This document shows positions 1 through 9,270 of a stretch of DNA of 36,440 bases, piece by piece. Source of the stretch: a virus (lineage: Duplodnaviria; Caudoviricetes); the IMG/VR virus record IMGVR_UViG_3300038797_000043, positions 1 through 36,440 of that record; one strand, 5' to 3'. Each line of letters begins with the position of its first letter. The first letter of the stretch is position 1. Position numbers and translations under genes: made by a program. The notes below the pieces were generated by a model. The model ran no database searches. It saw only the letters and a list, made by a program, of their open reading frames with translations, and was not told the DNA's origin.

Positions 1-103
1 CGATTACGACTACACGCCTGTGCCGCCGCTGGAAGACCTGACCCTTCGTCAGCGCATCACCGACCGCTATCTGATCCAGTTCGCCAGCAAAGTGAACGCC
101 TGA
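1..103 (+). CDS. FI: Tail sheath protein, 3' end only
   Basis: Same sequence as the end of 34412..35581 ([33 protein letters not shown]). Confidence 0.9.
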   Translation, partial: DYDYTPVPPLEDLTLRQRITDRYLIQFASKVNA

Positions 104-149
104 ATCGGCGCTCCCCTGCGGGGGAGTACGTACCCCGGAGACCAACGCC

Positions 150-665
150 ATGGCCATGCCTCGCAAACTCAAAAACATGAACCTGTTCAACGACGGCAAC
201 ACCTACCAGGGCGTTGCCAAGAGCGTCACCCCGCCGCCGCTCGGTCGCAAGATGGAAAGCTACCGCGGCGGTGGCATGAACGGCCCGGTCAAGGCAGACC
301 TCGGCTTCTCTGACGACGGCATTCAGTTCGAATGGAAAACCGGCGGGCTGGATCTGATCGCGCTTCGGCAATTTGGCAGCGTCAACGCGTCCGGCGTGCA
401 GCTGCGCTTTGCTGGCTCTTTCCAGCAGGACGACACCGGCGAAATCAGCGCTGTGGAAATCATCGTGCGTGGACGTCACGAAACCATCGAGATGGGCGAC
501 GCGGCGCCTGGTGAAGACACCGAACACAGCATCACCACCACATGCAGCTACTACAAGCTGATCGTCGACAACGAAGACATCATTGAAATCGACTTGCTCA
601 ACTTCATCGAGAAGGTCAACGGCGTGGACATGCTGGAGAAACAGCGCTCTGCCATCGGCCTTTGA
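150..665 (+). CDS. FII: Major tail tube protein
   Basis: MAMPRKLKNMNLFNDG...YRGGGMNGPV, 171 aa, directly after sheath. Confidence 0.95.
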   Translation: MAMPRKLKNMNLFNDGNTYQGVAKSVTPPPLGRKMESYRGGGMNGPVKADLGFSDDGIQFEWKTGGLDLIALRQFGSVNASGVQLRFAGSFQQDDTGEISAVEIIVRGRHETIEMGDAAPGEDTEHSITTTCSYYKLIVDNEDIIEIDLLNFIEKVNGVDMLEKQRSAIGL

Positions 666-697
666 CCCCCCCCTAAAACCATTACCCGGAGCAACAC

Positions 698-1030
698 ATG
701 AACACCGAAGAAACCAATACCGAAGCCCTGCCGGCAGTCGATGACAACACCGTCAACCTCGACACGCCCATCGTTCGCGGCAAGTCCTACATGACCAGCC
801 TCACCCTGCGTAAACCGTCATCCGGCGAACTGCGCGGCGTACACCTGGTGGACCTGCTGAACCTCGACGTTGCCGCCCTGCTCAAGGTGCTGCCGCGCAT
901 CACTTCGCCAAGCATCACCGAAACAGAAGCCGCCGGCATGGACCCGGCCGATCTGCTCGCCTGCGGCAACAAGGTTGCGCATTTTTTGTTGCAGAGGTCG
1001 GTGAAGACGGACGCCTCCCTCGTTGCGTAG
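698..1030 (+). CDS. E: Tail assembly chaperone gpE
   Basis: LDTPIVRG...LTLRKPSSGELRG motif; lies between tube and tape measure. Confidence 0.9.
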   Translation: MNTEETNTEALPAVDDNTVNLDTPIVRGKSYMTSLTLRKPSSGELRGVHLVDLLNLDVAALLKVLPRITSPSITETEAAGMDPADLLACGNKVAHFLLQRSVKTDASLVA

Positions 1031-1038
1031 AGGACGCC

Positions 1039-1158
1039 ATGGCCGATCTGGCCGTGGTCTTTCACTGGGCGCCGGCTGATATGGATCAGCTCGGCCTGCA
1101 AGAACTGATGGACTGGCGCGAGCGCGCCAGGGTGCGGAGTTCCACCGATGGCGAATGA
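1039..1158 (+). CDS. E': gpE' segment (C-terminal extension of E, probably reached by -1 frameshift)
   Basis: MADLAVVFHWAPADMDQLGLQELMDWRERA is P2 GpE'-like; -1 frame is open from TTTTTTG at 982-988. Confidence 0.85.
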   Translation: MADLAVVFHWAPADMDQLGLQELMDWRERARVRSSTDGE

Positions 1159-3871
1159 CTTAAAACTTCAGGTCCTGCTCAACGCGATTGACCGGGCGAG
1201 CGGCCCCCTGAAGGCCATCGACAAGGGCAGCATCGGCGCGGCGCGCGCACTCAAGGACGCGCGCGACCGGCTCAAGGAACTCAACGCCCAACAGAAAGAC
1301 GTCAGCGCCTGGCGCACCCAGCGCGCCGCCGCCGAGCAGACCGAAACCGCCCTCACCTCAGCCCGCGACAAAGTGCGCGCGCTCAGTCAGCAGTTTGCCG
1401 CCACGGGCGTTCCGACCAAGGCGTTGGCCAAGGACTTCCGCACCGCCGTGCGTGAAGCCCAGCGGCTCAAGGAACAACACCAGCAACAGTCCGAACAGTT
1501 ACAGACCCTGCGTTCGAAGCTGTACAGCGCAGGGATCAGCACCAAAGACCTCGGCACCCATGAACGCCAGCTGCGCGAGCAGGTCGGCGCCACCAACACC
1601 ACGATCAGCGAACAAGGCAAACGGCTGGTCGCTTTGAATGCACAGCAAAAACGCATGGCCGCCGAACGCGCCAAACTGGCGAAGACCCAAGGCCTTGCCA
1701 GTGACATGGCGGTCAACGGTGCCGCCGGTTTGGGCGTGGGCTACGCGGCGAGTCGCCCGATAGCCAAAGCCGTGGGCGCATTTGCACCGAACGAAGACTC
1801 AGCCACACAGCTGAAAGTGTCGATGATGGACAACACCGGCAAGGTGGCCGAGGACTTCCAGAAAATCACCGACCTCGCCACCAAACTCGGCGACCGCCTG
1901 CCTGGCACCACCGCCGACTTTCAAGAAATGATGACCATGTTGCGGCGCCAGGGCCTCAGCGCGCAAAGCATTCTCGGCGGTACCGGCGAAGCGGCCGCGT
2001 ACCTGGGCGTGCAGTTGAAAATGCCGGTGGCCGAGGCCGCCGAGTTCGCCGCAAAGATGCAGGACGCCACACGCACTACCGAGAAGGACATGATGGCGCT
2101 GATGGACACCATTCAGCGCGGGTTCTACTCCGGTGTCGATTCGACCAACATGCTTCAGGGCTTCAGCAAAATCGCCCCGGTGATGGACACCATCAAGAAG
2201 TCTGGGATTGAGGCCGCCAATGAACTGGCCCCGCTGCTGATCATGATGGACCAGGCCGGCATGGAAGGCGGCGCTGCTGGTAACGCGTTCCGCAAAATCT
2301 TTCAGGCGGGCCTGAACAAGGACAAGGTCGACGACGTCAACAAAATCCGCCAACTCAAGGGCCAGGAGATTCAGTTCAGCTTCACCAACAAAGAAGGCAA
2401 CTTCGCCGGGCTGGAGAATCTGTTCGCCCAGGTCGAAAAGCTGAAGGCGCTGAACGACGAAGACCGTACCGAGACCATCAAGGACTTGTTCGGTGATGAC
2501 TCAGAAACCATGACCACCCTGAACACCATGATGAACAAGGGGCTGGCGGGTTACAAAGAGGTGCAGCAGAAGCTCCAGAATCAGGCGGACCTGCGCACGC
2601 GCGTCAACGAACAACTCAGCACCTTGACCAACGTCATGGAAGCCGCGGAAGGCAGCTTTACCAACGCCATGGCCGAGTTCGGCGCCGCCGTCGCGCCGGA
2701 ATTGAAAGAGCTGATCAACACCCTCGGCGAAGTCGCCAACAACGTCGGCGCCTGGGCGCGGGAAAACCCAAAGCTCGCCGGCGGACTGGTCAAAGTCGTG
2801 GCGCTGGTCGCGGGTTTGTCCTTCGTGTTCGGTGGCTTGGCCATCGGGATGGCCAGCCTGCTCGGCCCGTTTGCCGTGATTCGCTACGGCATGGCGATGT
2901 TCGGCATGCAGGGTGGTGGCACGCTGAGACTCATGCAAAAGCTCGCCCCCACCATCACCGGTCTGGCCCGCAATGCCCTCCCCATGCTGGGCCAAGGCAT
3001 CCGCACGCTGGCCAGCACACTCAGCGGCGCACTGGTAACCGCTCTGCGAACCGTCAGCATTGCCCTGTGGGGCCTCGCCACCAACCCGGTGGCGCTGGCC
3101 ATCGGTGCCGTCGTTGCGGTGCTCGCCGGTGCGGCTTACCTGATCTACAGCAACTGGGACGCGGTGAAACTCTACTTCAGCAACGCCTGGACTGAGATCA
3201 AAGCCGGCTTCAGTGGCGGCATCGGCGGCATCCTCAACACGCTCGCCAACTTCAGTCCCATCGGCCTGATCTACCAGGCCTTCGCTGGCGTACTGAGCTA
3301 CCTCGGCGTGGATCTGCCGGGCCGCTTTACCGAGTTCGGCAACATGCTGGTTAACGGTCTGGTCAACGGACTGCTCGCTGGGTTAGGGCAAATCACGAGT
3401 GCCGTCAGTTCTATTGCTGATTCGGCCATCAACATGTTCAAGGAAAAGCTCGGCATCCACAGCCCTTCCCGCGTGTTCACTGCGCTCGGCGGCTTCACCA
3501 TGGCCGGACTGACCCAAGGTCTGCAAGGTGGCCAGGATGGCCCGCTGGGTGCCATCACCGACATGGGTAAACAAGTCGTGTCGGCCGGGCAACGGGCGCT
3601 CGGCGCCGTGGCTGGCCCGCTCGGCGCCATCGGGCTGCCGCAGTTGCCGACCGGCGCCGCCGCATCCTCTTCAGTGTCGATCGACAATCGCGCACCCATC
3701 AGCCCGGCGCCGGCCGCAGCCTACGACAGCCACGACACCTACGAAATCAACATCCACACCACGCCCGGCATGGATGAACGCGCCATCGCCCGCGCCGTGC
3801 GCGCCGAGCTGGCCCGCGTCTCCAGCGAAAAGAACGCCCGCCAGCGCAGCAAACTGTCCGACCTGGAGTAA
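1148..3871 (+). CDS. T: Tail tape measure protein
   Basis: 907 aa Ala/Gly-rich coiled coil; C-terminal LGIHSPSRVF motif; synteny. Confidence 0.95.
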   Translation: MANDLKLQVLLNAIDRASGPLKAIDKGSIGAARALKDARDRLKELNAQQKDVSAWRTQRAAAEQTETALTSARDKVRALSQQFAATGVPTKALAKDFRTAVREAQRLKEQHQQQSEQLQTLRSKLYSAGISTKDLGTHERQLREQVGATNTTISEQGKRLVALNAQQKRMAAERAKLAKTQGLASDMAVNGAAGLGVGYAASRPIAKAVGAFAPNEDSATQLKVSMMDNTGKVAEDFQKITDLATKLGDRLPGTTADFQEMMTMLRRQGLSAQSILGGTGEAAAYLGVQLKMPVAEAAEFAAKMQDATRTTEKDMMALMDTIQRGFYSGVDSTNMLQGFSKIAPVMDTIKKSGIEAANELAPLLIMMDQAGMEGGAAGNAFRKIFQAGLNKDKVDDVNKIRQLKGQEIQFSFTNKEGNFAGLENLFAQVEKLKALNDEDRTETIKDLFGDDSETMTTLNTMMNKGLAGYKEVQQKLQNQADLRTRVNEQLSTLTNVMEAAEGSFTNAMAEFGAAVAPELKELINTLGEVANNVGAWARENPKLAGGLVKVVALVAGLSFVFGGLAIGMASLLGPFAVIRYGMAMFGMQGGGTLRLMQKLAPTITGLARNALPMLGQGIRTLASTLSGALVTALRTVSIALWGLATNPVALAIGAVVAVLAGAAYLIYSNWDAVKLYFSNAWTEIKAGFSGGIGGILNTLANFSPIGLIYQAFAGVLSYLGVDLPGRFTEFGNMLVNGLVNGLLAGLGQITSAVSSIADSAINMFKEKLGIHSPSRVFTALGGFTMAGLTQGLQGGQDGPLGAITDMGKQVVSAGQRALGAVAGPLGAIGLPQLPTGAAASSSVSIDNRAPISPAPAAAYDSHDTYEINIHTTPGMDERAIARAVRAELARVSSEKNARQRSKLSDLE

Positions 3872-3877
3872 CCCGCC

Positions 3878-4318
3878 ATGATGCTTGCCCTGGGCATGTT
3901 CGTTTTCAGCCTCTCCACCGCCGCCTACCAGGAACTGCAACGCCAAACCGAATGGCGCCACGCCAGCAGCAACCGCGTCGGCGCCGCGCCGGCTCGCCAG
4001 TTCGTCGGCCGTGGTGATGACTCCATCACCCTGCCCGGCATCATCCTGCCGGAACTCGCCGGCAGCGCCCTCAGCCTCGACGCCTTGCGCCTTATGGCCA
4101 ACACCGGCAAGGCATGGCCCATGGTCGAAGGCAGCGGCCGGATCTACGGTCTGTGGGTCATCGAAAGCCTGAGCGAAACCAAGACGATTTTCTTCCGCGA
4201 CGGCACGCCCCGCCGCATCGAATTCACCCTCACCCTCAAGCGCATCGATGACGACCGTATCGACCTGATCGGCGCCGGTACCAGTGCAGGCGTCAGCATC
4301 ATGAGGGCGCTGCTGTGA
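3878..4318 (+). CDS. U: Tail protein gpU
   Basis: MMLALGMFVFSL...QFVGRGDDSITLPG, P2 GpU-like. Confidence 0.92.
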   Translation: MMLALGMFVFSLSTAAYQELQRQTEWRHASSNRVGAAPARQFVGRGDDSITLPGIILPELAGSALSLDALRLMANTGKAWPMVEGSGRIYGLWVIESLSETKTIFFRDGTPRRIEFTLTLKRIDDDRIDLIGAGTSAGVSIMRALL

Positions 4319-5586
4319 TCGATGCCGCCCTCTCACGCGTCACCGGCTTTCTGGACAAGACCATCGAGCGCTACAAGCGCGAGGCCGCTTACCCGGTGCC
4401 GGCGTTTCGTATCACCGTGGACGGCAACGACATTGCCCAACTGATCAGCCCGCGCCTGATGAGCCTCGACCTGACCGACAATCGCGGCATCGAGGCCGAT
4501 CAACTGAGCATCACCCTCAGCGACCACGACGGACTGCTCGCCATTCCGCCCAAGGGCGCGGTGGTTCGATTGTGGCTGGGCTGGAGTGATACCGGACTGG
4601 TCGACAAGGGCACTTACACCGTCGATGAAACCGAACACTCTGGCGCGCCCGACGTGCTGAGCATCCGCGCCAGATCCGCCGACCTGCGCAAAGGCCTGAA
4701 AACCAAACGCGAACGCAGCTGGAGCAACACCACGCTCGGCGACGTGCTGGGCGATATCGCCCTGGGCAACGGCCTGACCGCAACCATCGCCGGCGCCCTC
4801 GACGGCTTGCCCATCCTTCAACTGGACCAGGCCAACGAATCCGACGCAAATTTGATTAGCCGTGTCGGCGAAGAGTTCGACGCGGTGGTCACCGTCAAAG
4901 CCGGCTGCCTGCTATGCCTGCCCGCCGGCGGCGGTAGGACTGCCAACGGCACCGAACTGCCACACATCACCCTCACCCGCGCCGATGGCGACCAGCACCG
5001 GTACCTACAAGCCGACCGCGATAGCTACGACGGCGTGCGAGCCTACTTCTACGACGTGAACAGCGCCAAAAAACAGGAAGCCATCGCCGGTGGTGGGGAA
5101 AATCTAAAGGACCTGCGCCATACCTACAGCGACCGACAGTCTGCCCTGCGCGCCGCGCGGGCCGAGTTCAATCGCCTACAACGTGGCAGCGCGACGCTCA
5201 GTTATACCCTGGCCATGGGCAGACCGGATCTGATACCTGAGTTGACCTATACGTTGGAAGGTGTGAAGCCTGAGATCGACGAAATCATTTGGTACGGCGG
5301 AAATGTGCAACACACGCTCAGTGCAGACAACGGATACACCGTCAACCTAGAGCTGGAGAGCAAGTTACCGGAGGATACCGTTGAGGATATAGCAGAAGAG
5401 ACCAAGGGGAATTTCACCGGGATAATCGCTTACTACCGCGACAAGGAGGGAAATGAGAAGCCCATGATGGCTGGAGATCAGAGCAAGCCGAGGCGATTGC
5501 TGTGGTTGTATGCCTCAGAACGGACAGCGAAACGGGCTGTTGATAGGGAATTAAAGAAACTAGGAACGGATCAAAAGCAATTCTAA
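4315..5586 (+). CDS. D: Baseplate hub / late control D protein
   Basis: PAFRITVDG...DNRGIEADQLSITLSD, gpD-like; extra C-terminal subdomain. Confidence 0.92.
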   Translation: MIDAALSRVTGFLDKTIERYKREAAYPVPAFRITVDGNDIAQLISPRLMSLDLTDNRGIEADQLSITLSDHDGLLAIPPKGAVVRLWLGWSDTGLVDKGTYTVDETEHSGAPDVLSIRARSADLRKGLKTKRERSWSNTTLGDVLGDIALGNGLTATIAGALDGLPILQLDQANESDANLISRVGEEFDAVVTVKAGCLLCLPAGGGRTANGTELPHITLTRADGDQHRYLQADRDSYDGVRAYFYDVNSAKKQEAIAGGGENLKDLRHTYSDRQSALRAARAEFNRLQRGSATLSYTLAMGRPDLIPELTYTLEGVKPEIDEIIWYGGNVQHTLSADNGYTVNLELESKLPEDTVEDIAEETKGNFTGIIAYYRDKEGNEKPMMAGDQSKPRRLLWLYASERTAKRAVDRELKKLGTDQKQF

Positions 5587-5599
5587 TGAAATGCTGTTA

Positions 5600-6235
5600 T
5601 CAAGACTTCCTATTGCGAGCACTCTTATCCGTAGGCTTATGGTAAAAACTAATCGGCAAATGCCGTACTTTGTAATCCAGGCCACTAGCGCCGTGCTTAT
5701 GACTTGTACTTGCAGTCAATGTTTCGCTGCAAACCTTTATCAACGTAACCGCGACCTCATAGTCTTTTACAATCCGAGCAGCCCATACTTTGAGAATCTT
5801 TAATTTGTCGCGCTTCTTCGTGTAGATGATCAATCCACCACGATTGCTAGTCGGGCCGCCAGGAGAATATCTATCGCAAAGCTGGCGAAACCCTTCCATC
5901 ACGTAACCTGGCCCCGTGTCCAACTTTGCCTCACCATGCCATTCATAAAGACCTTCTTTAACAACAAGATCACAGTGACCGTTTCGGTAATTGTCATGAT
6001 CAGCTGTGAACCCCTTCATGGAGAGTCCAAAAACCAGAATGGCGGTAAGCGCGTCTTCTCCAAGACCTCCGAACTGCGGCTTATTATTCTCAAAGTGGAA
6101 AATCCCTTCTATAATTGCGCTCTCCACGCGCGCGCAGTACTCGTCATATTGACTTCCAATACCGGCATTCAATAACGCGACCTTTACTGGATTATCGTCT
6201 GGAAGATTTAGGATATCAGCAATCGACGGATTCAT
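5600..6235 (-). CDS. Putative PD-(D/E)XK nuclease, third gene of low-GC accessory operon
   Basis: EDALT...GHCDLVV-x6-WHGEAK followed by GFRQLCDRY; restriction-endonuclease-like motif spacing. Confidence 0.7.
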   Translation of the reverse strand: MNPSIADILNLPDDNPVKVALLNAGIGSQYDEYCARVESAIIEGIFHFENNKPQFGGLGEDALTAILVFGLSMKGFTADHDNYRNGHCDLVVKEGLYEWHGEAKLDTGPGYVMEGFRQLCDRYSPGGPTSNRGGLIIYTKKRDKLKILKVWAARIVKDYEVAVTLIKVCSETLTASTSHKHGASGLDYKVRHLPISFYHKPTDKSARNRKS

Positions 6236-6630
6236 TCCTCAACCACCGCCTTGTTTGCCATGAACACAATGTAAACCTTCGACTGATAATGAGTATCAGG
6301 ATAGCCTCTATCTTCGAGATTCAATGCGCCATTCATAAATGCCGCTTGCAAATCCTCGGTAGATAAATCGTATATCACGTCATCATCGATATATCTATAT
6401 TGCTGCTCTACAAGCTTAACCGATGGCGACTTCAGATAATTCACGCACAACTGAACTTGCTCAATCGAACAATCCCCGTCAACCGCCCCCATAAAATCAG
6501 CATAACTGTAAACGGGTCTTTGCTCAGCCGAAGAAAGTATCAACTCTACTATTTTTTTACAGCAATAATCGATCCGAAGGTGTGCAACCTCGGATTCAAT
6601 TTTTTTAAATAGTAGAGTTTTAGTTATCAT
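6232..6630 (-). CDS. Hypothetical 132-aa acidic protein, second gene of operon
   Basis: 4-bp ATGA overlaps with both neighbours; AT-rich. Confidence 0.8.
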   Translation of the reverse strand: MITKTLLFKKIESEVAHLRIDYCCKKIVELILSSAEQRPVYSYADFMGAVDGDCSIEQVQLCVNYLKSPSVKLVEQQYRYIDDDVIYDLSTEDLQAAFMNGALNLEDRGYPDTHYQSKVYIVFMANKAVVEE

Positions 6631-7700
6631 GGAATGTAGGAAATAATCTTATCAAGTACAAAATTTGAGTCGTCGTAGGTACGCATACCTTTGACATAAG
6701 CATAGTCTGTTCTCGCACCGATCTGAACGTAATCCCTATAACTTCCAGGAATATGCAATTCAGGCTTACTATCGACTTTGTCTATATCCATCCTGTGCCA
6801 TTGTATGGCCACTTCAAAAATAGACATTTTATGGTCAATAGCCTTAGCGCCTGTCTTGTGGAACAACTCGCTCCTCAGATCAACACCTGCTTTCATTGTC
6901 TCACGTTTTACAGATTCAGTCTCGGTCGCGAATCCGATACGTTTAATCGCACCAGACATGTCGGCATAAACGCCCTTCGCCAGCGGCAGCAGATTAAATG
7001 GCGTCCCCAACGTAACATCTTTAACAAAGCTTGCTAGAAGTCTACGAGAGTAAAACTTCAAGTCATCAACTGACTTTTTCATTTGACCCGCAGTTTGTGG
7101 CATACCTGTATCACGCGTCATATCAGCGCGCAACTCAACCACACATCTATCGCGATTGAAATAAACCACATCAAAAGTCTGCCTATCATAGGCTTTAACT
7201 TCGATTAATTTCTCAGCCTCGGGAAATTGATCTTTCAATTCTTGAGAAAAGTTATCTCGAAGGATATCATTACTCAGCGTAAATCTTCGCTTCCTCGAAA
7301 GAACCAACCCTGCCCCAGCACCATCACTAAAAGCCGTAATTACCTTTAATTCACCGTTATCTTTCTCAAGCTCTTTTTCATCTACGCAAAGCGGAAATTT
7401 TTTGCCCATTTCGGAGGGGGCAGGCGCTATACCGCGAATCTTTTTTAGTAAATCGTCAGCGTGCTTCAGATCAACCAGATAATACGACACAGCTTTCAAG
7501 TCACATACTTGCTGCATTTGCAAGGCGTCTTTAAGCTTATCAAGTATTAAAGGATTCTTTGCTACCGCACCTTTGATGATCATATGAAGCTCTGACCAAC
7601 TTCTAGCGGACAACAAATTATTGACTCGCAGAATTTGCTGGACAGTATGTATATTAAGCCGTCCTTCCAGTCCAGCCAAGAACTCCTCAAGCCCAACCAT
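6627..7700 (-). CDS. Hypothetical ~357-aa protein, first gene of operon
   Basis: Long AT-rich ORF; ATG at 7700 preceded by GGGGAAG (alternative start 7715); no catalytic motif recognised. Confidence 0.82.
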   Translation of the reverse strand: MVGLEEFLAGLEGRLNIHTVQQILRVNNLLSARSWSELHMIIKGAVAKNPLILDKLKDALQMQQVCDLKAVSYYLVDLKHADDLLKKIRGIAPAPSEMGKKFPLCVDEKELEKDNGELKVITAFSDGAGAGLVLSRKRRFTLSNDILRDNFSQELKDQFPEAEKLIEVKAYDRQTFDVVYFNRDRCVVELRADMTRDTGMPQTAGQMKKSVDDLKFYSRRLLASFVKDVTLGTPFNLLPLAKGVYADMSGAIKRIGFATETESVKRETMKAGVDLRSELFHKTGAKAIDHKMSIFEVAIQWHRMDIDKVDSKPELHIPGSYRDYVQIGARTDYAYVKGMRTYDDSNFVLDKIISYIP

Positions 7701-7997
7701 AATCTTCCCCACCACGACGGCTAATTAGTTTTTATGAAAATAGACCTTTAATCGAAGCACTCCTGACGAGCCTCCGATGACGGTTTTACTTTTTGTTCTG
7801 TAATTTTCTTGATATGAGTGACGCACCGATACTGTGTATCGCAACTTTCACTCAGTTTAGTTTGAACGCTTCTCATGACACACATCCCTATGCGGTTAGA
7901 TGGCAAGCCGAGGTGCTTTTCGCCAGTCCCGGCGGAGACCATGGCAAGCGGATCATCTGCGTTCCTGCGTCACCGATCCGTTCTTAATGGGTACAGA

Positions 7998-8405
7998 TTA
8001 TGCTGGCCGTTTGGTATCGGCAAGGGCTTCAGTCAAATCCTTGAGGCGCTGCTCGACATCCATTAAGCGTTTCTTTTCCTCAGCAGCGCTTTGTATCTCC
8101 CGTTTGCCCGCATCGCCCAGGGAGCGAAACAGCTCAAGCATGGCCTTCTCTTGCATGTTTGCCGATTCAGGACCCGACGCTTCGACCGACACACCGTGAA
8201 ACATAGATCCCTCGCCTGTAAGCAACCAATCAACGCTTATACCCAAATGAGTACGAAGCGCACCCATGGCCTTCGCATTGGGTTCTCGCTCATCAAGAAG
8301 ATAGTTCTGTAGCGTCCTGTAGGGGATTCCCACAAGGTCAGAGGCTTCCTTAATCGATAAGCCTTTTTGGTCGAGAACACTGCGCAGGCGCGTGGCTATA
8401 CTCAT
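7998..8405 (-). CDS. XRE-family HTH immunity repressor (CI/C-like)
   Basis: LSIKEASDLVGIPYRTLQNYLLDEREP...GISVDWLLTGEG; divergent from Cro-like gene; no peptidase domain. Confidence 0.88.
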   Translation of the reverse strand: MSIATRLRSVLDQKGLSIKEASDLVGIPYRTLQNYLLDEREPNAKAMGALRTHLGISVDWLLTGEGSMFHGVSVEASGPESANMQEKAMLELFRSLGDAGKREIQSAAEEKKRLMDVEQRLKDLTEALADTKRPA

Positions 8406-8422
8406 TTTTTCATATAATCCAA

Positions 8423-8450
8423 TTGACGCACTCATTTGGGTGCGTATACT
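8423..8450 (+). promoter_or_regulatory. Early lytic sigma70 promoter with palindromic operator in its spacer
   Basis: TTGACG-N16-TATACT; ACGCAC-TCATTTGG-GTGCGT dyad at 8426-8445. Confidence 0.7.
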
Positions 8451-8494
8451 GCGAACAAACAGGTACATCTTAACCAAGTAGGAACACATCAACC

Positions 8495-8767
8495 ATGAGC
8501 CAAGCCATGGAAAAGCGCCAGATCCAGGCGCGGCTGATTGAGAACGGAAGCAACTTCCGCCAGTTCGCGATCAGCCACGGCTACGAACCGCGCACGGTTA
8601 CTCAAGTGGTTCAACGGTGGGCCGGACATGACTCGCTGCCACGTGGGCGCCTGTCGTTCAGCATTCTGAGAGACATCTCGCGATTGATAGGTAAAGAAGT
8701 GCTGCCCGGCATCCTTGTCGATCCCAATGCAAAGCCAAATGAATCTGAGGCTGTTGATGAACTGTAA
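8495..8767 (+). CDS. Cro/Ner-like DNA-binding protein
   Basis: IQARLIENGSNFRQFAISHGYEPRTVTQVVQRW HTH; first early gene. Confidence 0.75.
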   Translation: MSQAMEKRQIQARLIENGSNFRQFAISHGYEPRTVTQVVQRWAGHDSLPRGRLSFSILRDISRLIGKEVLPGILVDPNAKPNESEAVDEL

Positions 8768-8796
8768 GGCCGGCGAAGCCAAGGAGAAACCAGAAG

Positions 8797-9270
8797 ATGA
8801 AACGCCCAGTTCTAGCCAGCAGAAAGGATGTCGTCAGCGCAGTAATCGGCGCCTACGAAGGTGGCCGGATTTACGCTGCCGCCGACCTTGGCATGTCGCT
8901 CAAGAAGTTCGATAACCAAGCTTATGAAAATGCCGGCAGCCGACCGCTGAGTGATGACCACATTCATCGCCTTGAACAGGTAGCAGGAACAACCTTCCTG
9001 CCGGATTACATCGCAGCCAAATACGGCGGAATGTTCGTCCCGCTGACAGCATCGGCGGATCTGGACAATGTCGAGTTGTACAACCGGTCAGTCAAAGCCG
9101 CCGCCAAGCGCGGGATGGTTGATCAGATCATTGCCAAAGCACTCGACGACGGTGTCATTGAGTCCTGCGAAGCCCAAGCAATCATCAACGCTCTGGTGCA
9201 CTACATGTCCGCCCGCTACGCCGAAGTGCTGGCCACCATTCAACTGCACGGTCGGGGGATCGCTGGGTGA
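8797..9270 (+). CDS. Phage CII/YmfL-like regulatory protein
   Basis: GGRIYAAADLGMSLKKFDN HTH and C-terminal ALDDGVIESCE motif; position. Confidence 0.7.
   Translation: MKRPVLASRKDVVSAVIGAYEGGRIYAAADLGMSLKKFDNQAYENAGSRPLSDDHIHRLEQVAGTTFLPDYIAAKYGGMFVPLTASADLDNVELYNRSVKAAAKRGMVDQIIAKALDDGVIESCEAQAIINALVHYMSARYAEVLATIQLHGRGIAG

Larger units (their letters stand above)
1..962 (+). repeat. Direct repeat copy 1 (copy 2 at 35479..36440), ~97% identical
   Basis: Ungapped match at offset 35478; about 30 substitutions by manual count. Confidence 0.97.

Noticed and set aside
111-126. Hairpin between FI and FII as a terminator
   Set aside because: No U tract and it lies inside the late tail operon; more likely a stability or processing stem
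5600-7715. Operon as a restriction-modification system
   Set aside because: No methyltransferase motifs (FxGxG, DPPY/NPPY, PC) in any of the three proteins
7939-7954. 16-bp exact match CCATGGCAAGCGGATC also at 16090-16105 inside int
   Set aside because: A single 16-mer match in 36 kb of GC-rich DNA is plausible by chance; no extension or supporting context
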